Below are positions 36,854 to 48,968 of a stretch of DNA of 64,000 nt, piece by piece. The stretch is from Amoebophrya sp. A120 (Eukaryota; Protista; Dinoflagellata). The position numbers and the translations under genes are program-made. Position 1 is the stretch's first letter, and each line of letters starts with the position of its first letter. Below the pieces are notes generated by a model, which saw only the letters and a program-made list of their open reading frames with translations, made no database searches and was not told the origin of the DNA. The DNA lies in assembly GCA_905178155.1 (NCBI GenBank), contig CAJINV010000005.1:5550279-5614278 (forward strand), written 5' to 3'.

Positions 36854-39800
36854 ATGCAAATCGCTGATAAAAGCAAATTGGGTATGACGATGCAGTCGTA
36901 CGGGGATCGTCCTCTGAAAATGTTGCAAAATCGGTCTAGTGTGCTGCAGCGGGTCGCAGTTGCAGCTGCGATACTTTTCAGTGCACACCTGTCTTGCACG
37001 CGGGCGATAACAGTGGCTAGGAAAAGAGCAGCGCCCATTCTTTCAGAGCCCAGCCAGGCTGCGGCGCGACCACACCCGGACGCGAAAACAATCGCAGCAA
37101 CGGTTGTCCCTGACAAATTCGATGATGCAAACTGGCCTGATATCGCAAACTCGACACAGAAGGGCGCGGCTGCGAAGAGGAAGCCAAAGCTCCCGCCGAG
37201 GGTGACGAAAGTGGTCGAGATCAAAAAAGAAGCTCCTGTTGCCAAGACGATGACGCAAGCGCGTTCATCTCTGGGAGGAGCAGGTCAACATGGACCCGAT
37301 CTACAGGAAGTAGACCAAAAAGGAGTAGAAGGAGGTCCACCTACCACGACAAGTCCCAGCGCCGGTACAACTAGTCCAACAAGCACAAGCAGAGTCAAGC
37401 TCCCCAGCGGCCACGAAACCAGTCCAAGGAACAAAATCAGCTTGGCGGGTGGAGGAGTAGCTTCATCAGGTAGTTCTCCCCAAGGAACGCGGCGCCAAGA
37501 TCTCTTGCGCAACATGTTGACGAGGGCAGATCAAAAAGAACAGCATCACCAGCTCCACGAGGACGCATTTTTTCCCCTTGAGGATGACTCCGTGTTGGAC
37601 CACCAAATGGACGAGGATCTCCCGCCCATGACGCGCGAAGTCTCCGAACCCGCACCAGAGCCGGAAATCAACAGCAGTTGTACTTCTAAAGGAAATTATG
37701 CAGCACCACCAACAGCCGGGGATCGGGAAGATGTTGAACTTCTTGAAACGTCGAGGACGACGACCGTGGCTCCAGCTACTCTCGTCACAGAGCTGGTGCC
37801 ATTGCCTTTGCAGCCCAGCGAGACCATCACAATGGAAGAGAGGCAGCCAGTAGAAGTTGTAGATGTAGATCGTAAAAAGGATAAGGACGCAATAAGATCT
37901 ACTGGGGTAGGCGAAGTCGTGGACGGGAACCAGGAGTGGTCTCTACCCGCCGCTTTGGCTGCGATGCAAATTGGTGGAGCAGCTGCAGGCGCAGCTTCTT
38001 CGAGAACTCCATGTGCGACAACTGCTACGATAGATCGTGGGAACATGATTACGCGTTCTGCTGTACTAGCAACAGGGACCTCGGGGGCTCCGCGCGGTCC
38101 TGCCGCACCTGCACCTCCTGCTGCGAATGAGGATGGTTTTCGTGCCAGCAAATGCAAACCCTATCTGAATTTCGGCGGTCGGACCTTTGATTTCGAAAAA
38201 TTAAAGCCTTTGGGTTTTGACCAGCACGACCACGACGACGAGCCTGCTGATGATTCAGACGACCTGGACGCGTCTCATCTTTGGGCAGAAAATCGAGGAA
38301 CGAGGCCCTTTTTCTACTGTTCGGAAAACGAGGTCGAGGTGGAGCACGGGCATGCGCGGAGCAAAACGCCTGGTGATAGTACGAAATGGACGACCACGAG
38401 AGGATTTTTATTCTCTACAACTACCCCATACAACAGTTGCAAAACTAATGGCCCATCATGCGGAGAGCTGCAAGTGCAACTTCTACCGACACCGAGCACC
38501 ATGTTTTTACCGGACAGGTCGTTGTTGTCGCAGTCAAGTCTCGGTTGGTCCAGCACGCCAGGAACTGGCAGCACGATGGGTGGAAAAGTGGTTCCAGAAA
38601 GCCCAGACGTAGATCCACAGCTACTGCTGAGCACCACAAGTCGTGCGAGCAGCCACGAGCAGAGAACATCAATTCCAGCCACAGGAGCTTCTGATTCCTC
38701 TATGGACCACGTCGACGCTGATGACGACGGTCGTAAAATGAAAAACCAAAGCGCACCAGCTGCGTCGACTAGACACAGAACCCCGACGAGGACTTCTACT
38801 CCAAGCCGGTTTGGCACCATCGGCGACCACCCGTTTCATGCGAAAGGAGAGTATCAAAAGAAAAAAGTTCTTCACGATCACTCATGGCATTTTTGCAATA
38901 CAAAATTGTCTGTCATGCGTAAAAATGCATCACAGCCACACTTCATAAGGGATTTCCCTAGTGTTTCTGCAATACAAGGAGAAGTTGTGATGCTAAAAAA
39001 ATTTGTAATGCAAAAACTGCAACTTAGTGACTGTGACAAACTTTTTTCTCTCCATAGAGAGGCAGAAGCTTGTACTGGTGAATTGGATCAAAACGAAGGC
39101 GAAAGCTGCGCTGCAAAAAAAACGAAAACCACATCAGAAACACTCGTCCGACACAAGGAACAAGGTGTCGTGCGAAGAACTGAAACGCAGGAAGTAGCCA
39201 CGTCCTCCAAATGCACTACTAGCAACAGTTATTTTTCGACGTTGTCGAAAATCTGGGGCGATAACATTCTCTTTTGTGGGGCTTGTCCTGATGAAAAAAC
39301 CACTATGCCAACACCGGCGTCGACGTATGTTCAGCCGAAAAGCTTGCTGTCTTTGTTGCAGCTCTCAAAAGCTAATTATGCACACAAAGCGTCCGTGTCG
39401 CCGTTGTCGTCCACTTCTGATGTGCTGCCAGCGAAGATGAATGGACAAGCAACGTGGTCTACTCCTTTTGAAGCAGTTTTCGCGAAGTGGCTGAAGATTG
39501 TGATGGAGAGCGGAGCGACAGCGACCACTTCTACAACGACATCAAGCAGGACCACCAGATCATTACCACATCCTCCGCCACGCTCATACGCGGAAGCTCT
39601 CGAGAGAGAGGAGAAACTTCGAGACAACGAGGAGAGAAGAAAGGAGCATGTTCCAACTTGGCTCCTGAATTCGGTTGTGGAACGACATCGGGTCTTCCTT
39701 CACCGCACGGCGTCGCTTCGGACTGAAAATCCCAGCTGGTGTGGCGGCACAGCTACAGAGGAGCATTCTAGTACGGCTGGACCCCACGACCTCCAGTCGG

Positions 39801-42800
39801 AAGAGGAGGTGCTTCTTCTTGCTCCCACGAGCCCGCTACTTTGGGCGTTTCGCATGGCGAAAGCCCTGATTGCGGATAGACTCAGCGTTTTGTTCCACGA
39901 GTTGCTCTATCTGCACGACGAGAATGCTCATCTTGTTGGGAAAGGTTGTTCTACTTCTGGCGAGCCTGGAGCTGGAATTCCGAAAGAACCCGCCCGAAGA
40001 AGAGAACAAGCGCAGAAACTTCTGAAACACTTTCTCTACGACAAGGTTTTCTTCCGGTACGGGTTGCCACCTGCTGAAAGCTTCAGAGCTTTACTAGCGC
40101 AAGACACTGCTGATCATCCTCGTCTTGCCGCTTGTGCGAAGAAGAGGACCCAGCAGGCGGAGGCCGTCGAGGGGGCTGTTAAAAACGACGACGAGGTGGT
40201 GCAAAAAGAAGACCACAAGGCTAGGCTTTTTTCCCTGAAAAACCTTTTTTCTTCGGAAATCGAGAAAAACGTCGCAACCAGCGAATTCGCGGAAGAACTG
40301 GTGGTAAAGCTCCTCGAGTTATGCATTAGCATTGCAAATAGGTGTAGGTCTGGGTCTGCAGACTTGTGATGCTCCTGCGCGGCGATGATTGAGCATACTC
40401 GCAAGTACACTCAAACATGACAAATGTTTCGAACACTTCCTTAAAACAAATGTTTCGGACTACAATTCTGCAAGACAAATTTTACAGGATGATCCAAGAC
40501 ACGCAAGGCAGGTTCCACAGCACTTCCAGACCCAAACCTATATTTGCATTTGATACCAGTTTCGACAAAGCCAAGAAGACTTCACGGAGGCCCACCTTCG
40601 CCGGCTGCAGCGGCATAGTTCTGGTGCTGAACACACAGGAGCGGCAGCAGGACTAGGAGGTGCAAGAACTTCTGCTAAGCCAATATCTTCTCCTGCTGGT
40701 CCTCTGCCATGGGACCAATGGCTAACGAGTGTTCTGGATAAGAGTTACGGGGGCAGTAGTTCTTCAGACAAGGCCGCAACCGGTAGTAGTACTGCAGCAA
40801 GAACAGCCGCTGGATGTACAACTTCATCATCTCCCGGTTTGATGTTCACGACCTCAAAAAGAACCGTGTCTGCATCAGCAAGCGCGACTGTTGCTGCCCC
40901 GGCGGCTAAAGCACCAGCTACAAAGAAATATCCCAATTCCGTCCTGAAACTGGAGCCGAAGATGCCCGAGACGGACAGTTGTGCTATCAAACCGCGCAGC
41001 AAGTACTCCATGGCCCATGAGGAATCCGAGCAAAGAGTCAGCAACCAAGTATGGGACTCTCAAATGTTACATTCTCAACTGTTACACGATTTGTAATGCA
41101 AAATTGACGTGAGTATCTACATGGATGATCAAGCTCCTTCGCATGACAAATTGCCGAAGAGCCAAACAGGCTGAGAATCTGTGCCAAATCTGTCATGCAA
41201 GACGCGCTAGGTCTCCTCTTTCGCGTTTGCCATTCTTGCATCACAAATTCACGTAACAGTTGAGAGCGCAACGTTTGAGAGCGCCATACCAAGTAGCCGC
41301 AGCGTGTGCTAGTACAACTTCGGGAACTACAAACTGTGCAGCAACATTGGCCGCAGCCTGGCATACCTGGCTGGCGGGAAGCGTGAAGCTGAGCATGACG
41401 GTCGCAAAACAGAAACGATTTGGAATGAAATTGCTCCGGCCGGAAAGCAGAAGTACGGGGTCTACTGAAAATCAAGAACAGAATAGTATTCTACTCAAAC
41501 CGAAAGTAGGAGCAGGCACAGATGAACTAAGGACAGCCCCCTGCGCGGAAGCTGAAACCTCGGCTCGAGACGCTTCCTTCGCCGACCTTTTCCTGAATTA
41601 CTTTGCGTCTGGCAGAGACGTGTTCGAGGCGGCTGTAGTGCAAGATCGGCGCGTGCTGCGAGAGTTCCTTGTAGAAGATTTTGCGACGATGAAGATTTGC
41701 GGAAGTTCATCATGGCCGGGAAGTTTTGTTCAATTTGCTCGAGAAGCAGACCAACGACCCTGCGCTTTTGCTCGAGAAACAGCAGCAGCGGCAGCAGCAG
41801 CCGATGTTGGCAGGAGCTCAGGAGAAGCAGACCATATCAAATGTAAAAATGTCTGGGTCTGGAAACTTGTGATGCTGGGTGGCGTCTCATGATGAGGCCA
41901 CAAGTGCTGGCTCAGCATGACAAGTTTCTGAGCTTCTAGGTGTTGCCTTCTCTGCATGACAGACAGCGTTTCTGCATCACAGAAAAATGGAGCTCTTGTG
42001 TAACGTGCATGACAGATGTAAGAGTCATACCAGAGAAGCATGACAAACATGCAGTCTTCCAGACCCAGACATTTTTGCATTTCATAGACCAGGGGCGGCA
42101 GCGATTCGTCTCTTCCCGCTCCGCCTGCTGCGTTGGCGAAGATTATAGAAGAGGTTCGGTGGACGAGGACGATCATGCTGCTTGCTTTCTTGAGGAAGTG
42201 CGAGAAGAGGAACAGGCGGAAGCAGGGAGTTGCTGCGACAGCACGGATATGCTGTGCAAAAGTATCGTACTCGTATAAATGCATTACAAATTTCCTCAGC
42301 ATGAGAAAGAAAATTTGTAATGCTGATTTGCCTTGACAAAGAAACTTGTAATGCAGGACCTGCATTTATACGAGTACAATACTTTTGCACAGCATAACGG
42401 AACTTCTACAGAGGCTTCCTCACCAGCAGCGGTTTGCCCCGCGTTCCTCCAAGTTCGCTAATCGAGGTCGTATGAAAGAGATTACGACAAAGCCACCTAC
42501 TAGTTCCAGAGCGAGACGAGTTACTGAGACTGGACGAGATCATGAAGCGCCGCCGCCGCCGCCGCAACAACACCACTTGCCCCCGTTGTTCTCATCTGGT
42601 GGAGAAATCGACCGGCCTACAACAGTAAGAGGCCTGACGCAACAACAACAAGACGTCGATTCTCAGCTAATGTTGCAGTACTACCACCACCATTTTTCAC
42701 AACGCCAAGTACATCTCCCGCCGGGGGTCGCTCCTGCTCCGGAAGTTGTAGATCCCGCGCAGCTACCGACTCAAGAGCAAGTTTTTCACGTACCATTCTA

Positions 42801-45800
42801 CGTTGCCGTGCGCAACCCGGGGGAGGCGAATCAGCAACTCCAGTTTTTTATGAACTGCAAAAGTATCGTACTCGTATAAATGCATTACAAATTTTCTCCG
42901 CATGACAAAAAAAATTTGTCATGCTGATTTAGCTTAAGAAAAATATTTGTAATGCAAGAATTGCATTTGTACGAGTACGATACTTTTGCACAGGATATTT
43001 TTCATTCCCTCCATCGGCCTGACCTGCAACGAGGAGGCCGGGAAGAGCTTGCTATTCCACGAAAAAAGTGTTTCACTGTGATTGTTTTGCAAGTAGATCT
43101 GCATCACAAGTTTGTTACACATGACACAGAAAATTTGTCATGCGCGCTTCCCGATGGAAAACACGGCTGAAGCTCCAACGTCTTGCAGGTGTAGCAAGAC
43201 AAGTAGTTCTGTGTTCCATTTTCTGCATCACAAGTTCACAGTGAAACTGATTTTTCTTGCGATACTTTCCGCAGCAGATGCACAGCCTGAAACACAAGCT
43301 GGTCAAAGACATCCTGCCGAAGCTGCTGCTTTTCCCGCCAGACGGCACTTACGACGAGATGGAGATTATCCGACACGAGAAAAAGGCTAGCGCATCACGT
43401 AATTAAGTATCTAAATCTATCTTGGGCGAGGAGGAGGACCCCATAGCATAAAGTTAGAGCATAATTCCGATCCTGTGTTTCGTGTTCGGCTATCATGCAA
43501 AACAATTGCAATTATTTGTGACGCGCTAGGTTTTTTCTGTGTGATAGCAATGGCCAAACATTTACTGGCGACAGCGGACGCGCTCGTAGACCAGTTGCGA
43601 AGTGTGGTACACAGCCAGTTGTTATCAAAGGAAAAAAGTGTTAACGGTCACGCCGAAACAGGTTATTTTCTGGGAATGGGATTGTGATCTGATTGTGCAT
43701 GGCAAAGGTGAAGGTCGGCTGCTATGCATGGCTTGCATTTGGATTTGGCCTGTCTTCAGCATGCGCCATCAAATCAATACAAAAAATTCCACCGTTAATA
43801 TACGAATGTCTGACACGACTCTTTCCTGTGATACCTGTACGACCACAGTCATGCGGATAAGGCTTCTGGTCAACGGGGGCAACAGCAGGATCCCTGCTCT
43901 GCTGCGCAGCAGAGCCAACATTTTTTCACTTGCGGTGGCGCCATCAGTGCCTGTGTCTCCATGCCGCCGCCACCGGCGCCACTGGTCGCTGCAGCCACGG
44001 CAGGTCCTGCGCAGGGGGAGCAAGTGCATCATGATTTTCATGCGGCCATGATGATGTTGGCATCTGGAGGACCAGCAGGGTTGTCTTGTGCGCAGAATAA
44101 TGATCCAGGTCAAAACATAAGTAACGGATCATTCGAGTTCGAGGTGGTGCCCGAGCAGGCCGGATTTGGGGATGTTGAGCAAGTTCATTTTGCACAGGAA
44201 CGTCGACAAACGCATTCATTTCAACCGCGCAGTTGTGAAGTAGAATACCCAGCAGCGGCGGCCGCGTTTCCCACGAATAAAACCTCGAAAAGTAGTAGTT
44301 CTACTCAAGAGCAGATGCTGCTAACGCCGGAGTTGCAGTGTCACGCAGCTTGGGGCCGGAGCACGACTGGGGCGGGGGAATATGATTTGATGCAACCGCA
44401 GGACGAGCTTCTGGTCCTGCAGGGAGATGAAGCTGCAAGTCCATCGCATCTGGCCAGCGGAAAGGAGCAAAAGGAGGCAGCAGCGATGGAAGTCGACGAG
44501 GACGACGCTGTCCAGCACATTTCCGAGCTTTGCCGAAAGATTATCCGGGGCGCGGGCGGTGATGTGCAACATATTTCGGAGTTTTCCCGACGTGCGGTGG
44601 GTGGAGGACTTGGCAATGGCAAAGCAGTTCCTACGAAAGTACCTACACCAACCGTTTTAGCGAAAGCTAACGCAGAAGTTCTTGGACGAGCAACTTTATC
44701 GACAGCGGAAGGGTTGTCGTCATCCTCCACTTCGCGTGGTCCTTCTTGCCATCAATATATAATGCGGCCCGCCGACTTCAAAGACTGCGAAAACATATGA
44801 ACTGCAAAAGTATCGCACTCGTATAAATGCACTACACCGCTAATAGGAATGGGGGCTCTCAAAATCATGGCACTGCTAGCGGATTGAGATAAGGGGCAGA
44901 AGTAGTTGGGAGCATTTTAGGAGACGCCGGGGCACATATCCGGCGGGTGTCGGGCTACGTACCACGCCCACAGTAGCCCACCAGCAAGACAAAAGCCGTG
45001 AAGCAGCAGCGAAGGGGCAGAGTGGCAAAGCAAGCACGGCGACGATCACACCGGGGAGGCATCAGTGACAATTTTGCCAAGGCATCACGCAACTGAGAAG
45101 AGATGCGGACGGGTGCATTTTTTACATGACAAAGAAGAAAAGTGATGCGCACCCGTTCCGAAAATGTTGAAAGTTCAAAACTGAAAGCAAACCCACACTG
45201 AAATTTCTGAAAGAAAAGGAAAGAAAGAAATTGCTACCCTAACTCAATCCGATGCGAGAAAAAGAGACTTCTTTATAGTGAAACAGCTGCAGGCCGCATA
45301 CTAGTAGGTCTTAGACTTTCTAAGGTTTAGGTCGACGCTCAAGGCCCTAAGAGTAGTACTACTGCGCTAAGAAATAAAGAAGAACGACGGAGCTGCTGGA
45401 TTTTTGTTTTTTCCCCCATACTGAGTGGAGCGTGTTCACCCTTGTAGTAATTACAATTACGCACTATGACTATATGGCACGTCGTAGCCTCTCGCTCCGT
45501 CCTGTAGATTGTATGCGCATAAGTAGATATCCGTAGCGTTCATAGTGATGAGCCCTAGGGAGACCCTACGGAGTAATAAAGTTGCTTTATAAGTCGAGCC
45601 GCTAATAGGAATGGGGGCGCTCAAAATCATGGCACTGCTAGCGGATTGAGATAAGGGGCAGAAGTAGTTGGGAGCATTTTAGGAGACGCCGGGGCACATA
45701 TCCGGCGGGTGTCGGGCTACGTACCACACCCACAGTAGCCCACCAGCAAGACAAAAGCCGTGAAGCAGAAGCGAAGGGGCAGAGCGGCAAAGCAAGCACG

Positions 45801-47399
45801 GCGACGATCACACCGGGGAGGCATCAGTGACAATTTTGCCAAGGCATCACGCAACTGAGAAGAGATACGGACGGGTGCATTTTTTACATGACAAAGAAGA
45901 AAAGTGACGCGCACCCGTTCCGAAAATGTTGAAAGTTCAAAACTGAAAGCAAACCCACACTGAAACTTCTGAAAGAAAAGGAAAGAAAGAAATTGCTACC
46001 CTAACTCAATCCGATGCGAGAAAAAAAGACTTCTTTATAGTGAAACAGCTGCAGGCCGCATACTAGTAGGTCTTGGACTTTCTAAGGTTTAGGTCGACGC
46101 TCAAGGCCCTAAGAGTAGTACTACTGCGCTAAGAAATAAAGAAGAACGACGGAGCTGCTGGATTTTAGTTTTTTCCCCCATACTGAGTGGAGCGCGTTCA
46201 CCCTTGTAGTAATTACAATTACGCACTATGACTATATGGCACGTCGTAGCCTCTCGCTCCGTCCTGTAGATTGTATGCGCATAAGTAGATATCCGTAGCG
46301 TTCATAGTGATGAGCCCTAGGGAGACCCTACGGAGTAATAAAGTTGCTTTATAAGTCGAGCCGCTAATAGGAATGGGGGCGCTCAAAATCATGGCACTGC
46401 TAGCGGATTGAGATAAGGGGCAGAAGTAGTTGGGAGCATTTTAGGAGACGCCGGGGCACATATCCGGCGGGTGTCGGGCTACGTACCACACCCACAGTAG
46501 CCCACCAGCAAGACAAAAGCCGTGAAGCAGAAGCGAAGGGGCAGAGCGGCAAAGCAAGCACGGCGACGATCACACCGGGGAGGCATCAGTGACAATTTTG
46601 CCAAGGCATCACGCAACTGAGAAGAGATACGGACGGGTGCATTTTTTACATGACAAAGAAGAAAAGTGACGCGCACCCGTTCCGAAAATGTTGAAAGTTC
46701 AAAACTGAAAGCAAACCCACACTGAAACTTCTGAAAGAAAAGGAAAGAAAGAAATTGCTACCCTAACTCAATCCGATGCGAGAAAAAAAGACTTCTTTAT
46801 AGTGAAACAGCTGCAGGCCGCATACTAGTAGGTCTTAGACTTTCTAAGGTTTAGGTCGACGCTCAAGGCCCTAAGAGTAGTACTACTGCGCTAAGAAATA
46901 AAGAAGAACGACGGAGCTGCTGGATTTTTGTTTTTTCCCCCATACTGAGTGGAGCGCGTTCACCCTTGTAGTAATTACAAACTTCCTCAGCATGAGAAAT
47001 GAAATTTGTAATGCTGATTTATATTAAGTTTAAGAGATGAAAGATTTCTAACGCATGATTGCAATACGAGTGCGATACTTTTGCACAGGATGTAACATTT
47101 TGCTCCGGCAGCGCCTCGTGGAAGCCTGTAAGGAGGAGGAGAGGCGGAAGTGGTTTGCATTTTCATCCGGTACGAGCAAGTCGATTCCTTCTGCAGCATC
47201 GGACGACGAGACCGTGGCAGGTGCTGGTGGACACCACGTAGTTGCGACTGCGAGCGCCGGTCAACCGCCCCTACCGACCGATGAAGTGGTAGCTGCACCC
47301 CCGACGGCACCGCCATCGTGTCAAGAAGGAGAACCACCATTGCACGAGCAGTGGGCCCGAGAAATTTGGCTACACATCATGTATACGACTGTGCTGTAG
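36854..47399 (+). CDS. Very large, probably secreted, low-complexity hypothetical protein with 10 introners
   Basis: Long ORFs 36854, 40839, 41260, 41940, 42385, 43475, 43961 and 47055 join in frame after element+TSD removal; hydrophobic segment near 36920. Confidence 0.7.
38852..39056. mobile_element. Introner hidden in frame inside ORF 36854..40369
   Basis: tatcaaaagaaaaaagtt / aacttttttctctccata; TSD gagag; internal TGTNATGC motifs; 205+5=210 nt with no stop. Confidence 0.8.
40320..40555. mobile_element. Introner family A (diverged)
   Basis: TSD cgagt/ccagt; join LLE-FRQSQ. Confidence 0.82.
41050..41288. mobile_element. Introner family I
   Basis: ~50-bp imperfect TIR; TSD ccaag; join SNQ-VAAA. 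Confidence 0.9.
41835..42086. mobile_element. Introner family A
   Basis: Family-A TIRs; TSD gacca; join EAD-QGRQ. Confidence 0.92.
42248..42396. mobile_element. Introner family B
   Basis: 36-bp near-perfect TIR tatgctgtgcaaaagtatcgtactcgtataaatgca; TSD acgga. Confidence 0.93.
42849..42997. mobile_element. Introner family B
   Basis: Family-B TIRs; TSD ttttt. Confidence 0.9.
43053..43264. mobile_element. Introner (singleton family)
   Basis: gaaaaaagtgtttcactgtga / tcacagtgaaactgatttttc; TSD cttgc/ctttc; frame restored. Confidence 0.8.
43367..43546. mobile_element. Introner (singleton, decayed)
   Basis: agaaaaaggctagcgcatcac / gtgacgcgctaggttttttct; TSD gagat/gcaat; join EME-MAKHLL. Confidence 0.75.
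43623..43833. mobile_element. Introner family C (decayed)
   Basis: tatcaaaggaaaaaagtgttaacgg / ccgttaa...tttcctgtgata; TSD gttgt/cctgt; frame restored. Confidence 0.75.
44796..47092. mobile_element. Introner family B expanded to 2.3 kb by an internal tandem array
   Basis: Left TIR at 44796, remainder resumes ~46980; TSD aaaca/taaca; join CEN-ILLRQ. Confidence 0.85.
44837..46980. repeat. Head-to-tail array of a 762-bp unit, ~2.8 copies
   Basis: Units start at 44837, 45599 and 46361 (ccgctaataggaatggggg); copies differ at about a dozen positions. Confidence 0.97.
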
Positions 47400-48968
47400 T
47401 TCTTGATGTACGCTGGAATTGGAAACAAGAGCGGTAGAAGTGCAGGCGAGGATGAACGATACTCTTCATCTCTAAACACGACCCATCAGTACTAGATCCG
47501 AGCGCGAAGTGTTCGCTCCTTATCGGTCGTGCGAGAGTTGCAATGGTGCCTTACGATGAAAACTTCGATTATCGATCTTTATCAAAACGACAAAACAGGG
47601 GCGTTTAAAGACGTCTCGCGACCTCCACCGCAATGCTTTCCGGTGTTCCACCAACAGCACAAGAAGTTTTCACGCAAATGACAGAAGTGAAGACATGTTG
47701 CACGACTGAGTACCCCGGTAGAACAAGTCAAAGCTGCACCAGGAATTATCGTGTGGGGCACGAATTTCTCCTGAGAATAGTGTAGAATTTGAATTTTCAT
47801 CATCAGAGTCAGAAAATGCTCAATGGTTGCAAGAACAAGAACTTCAAAAATGCGAGTTTGAACGAAAACGCCTGAGCCAGCCGTACCCGAGGTCCGTGGC
47901 AAACGACTCGTCCTCGCAACATTGATATATTTTTTCGATGACTTATTTTCCCCTGCAAAATGATAGAAAGAAGAAAGTAATTGAAAACCAGATGCTATTC
48001 ATTCTCATTTTGTCGAAAACGCTCAAGCGCGACGAGCGCCACAGCAACTTACGTTTTGATGTTTATGGTTCATGCTATAGTTTTTAGAGGATTTAGTACC
48101 ACCAGCGTTGGTAGAACCCTCTTCATATTTCGCATACAATAAGTCTCTTCATGCTCTGTTTATTTTGGGAACACAGCAACGAAGGGATAACGATTTCGAG
48201 GTCTTGTTTAAGAAAATGATGTCACCTCTCTATTGAAGAGAGAGAGCAAAAAAATGACACGCCGCGAGATGATTTCTTTCCAGCATGAGCTGGAGGGAAC
48301 GAAATAATTTTGATACGTTTTTTTTTGATACAGTCCGGTTTTGATTTTCTGTGGAGCCTTTTTCCGCTTTGGTGTCACAGCATGCATTTTTGGTTCCGCT
48401 GCTGCATGATCTTGTAACTAATCTTGATGAGTCATCCATATCCGACAATCCACCACAACAAGAGCTTTCTTGTCTTTTTCTGTATTTCGTCGTGGGTCGA
48501 TGTGTCTCTGTGTCTTAAGTCTTGCGCGCGCAGGAATCTTCTCGTCGTTTTTTTTCTTTCCGGTTGTATGAGGGAAGCATATATGGAGAGTTGATCAGAG
48601 AGGCGATGAAGAAGTGGATCAAACTTCAATGAGGACTGGGAGCGGCGGCAAAGCTAAAGGGCTGGAACTGTAGAAGTTCTTTCAGCCATGAAGGAGCGCG
48701 GCTTAATTTATTTGCATTCCTGATGTAGTACCTGGCCGCTGCTGCGAAGTGACTTTACCTTCGCTTTGCGCCTCCGCCGGTGTGTGTTAATCACTGCTGT
48801 CGTGTAAAAATATACTACATGTAGTAGCTATTTGCAGGAGGGGGCTACTCCTCCATTTAGAAGTTATACAAATAGAAATACACAACTGACGGAGCCCGTA
48901 CAACTAGTACTAGAGCATATGACTAGCACGCTCCCTTCCTGGAACGACACGATTTTTCGTTTGTGAAG

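Noticed and set aside
45530-45537. Dinoflagellate spliced-leader gene in the 762-bp unit (tccgtagc; gctcaag elsewhere)
   Set aside because: Only 8 nt match and the two parts are not contiguous or in order
45541-45580. Hammerhead ribozyme at gtgatgag
   Set aside because: Core reads GUGAUGA, not CUGANGA, and no GAAA follows stem II
44955-46676. Three 65-aa minus-strand ORFs as genes
   Set aside because: Short, non-ATG starts, no recognisable domain; a by-product of the repeat
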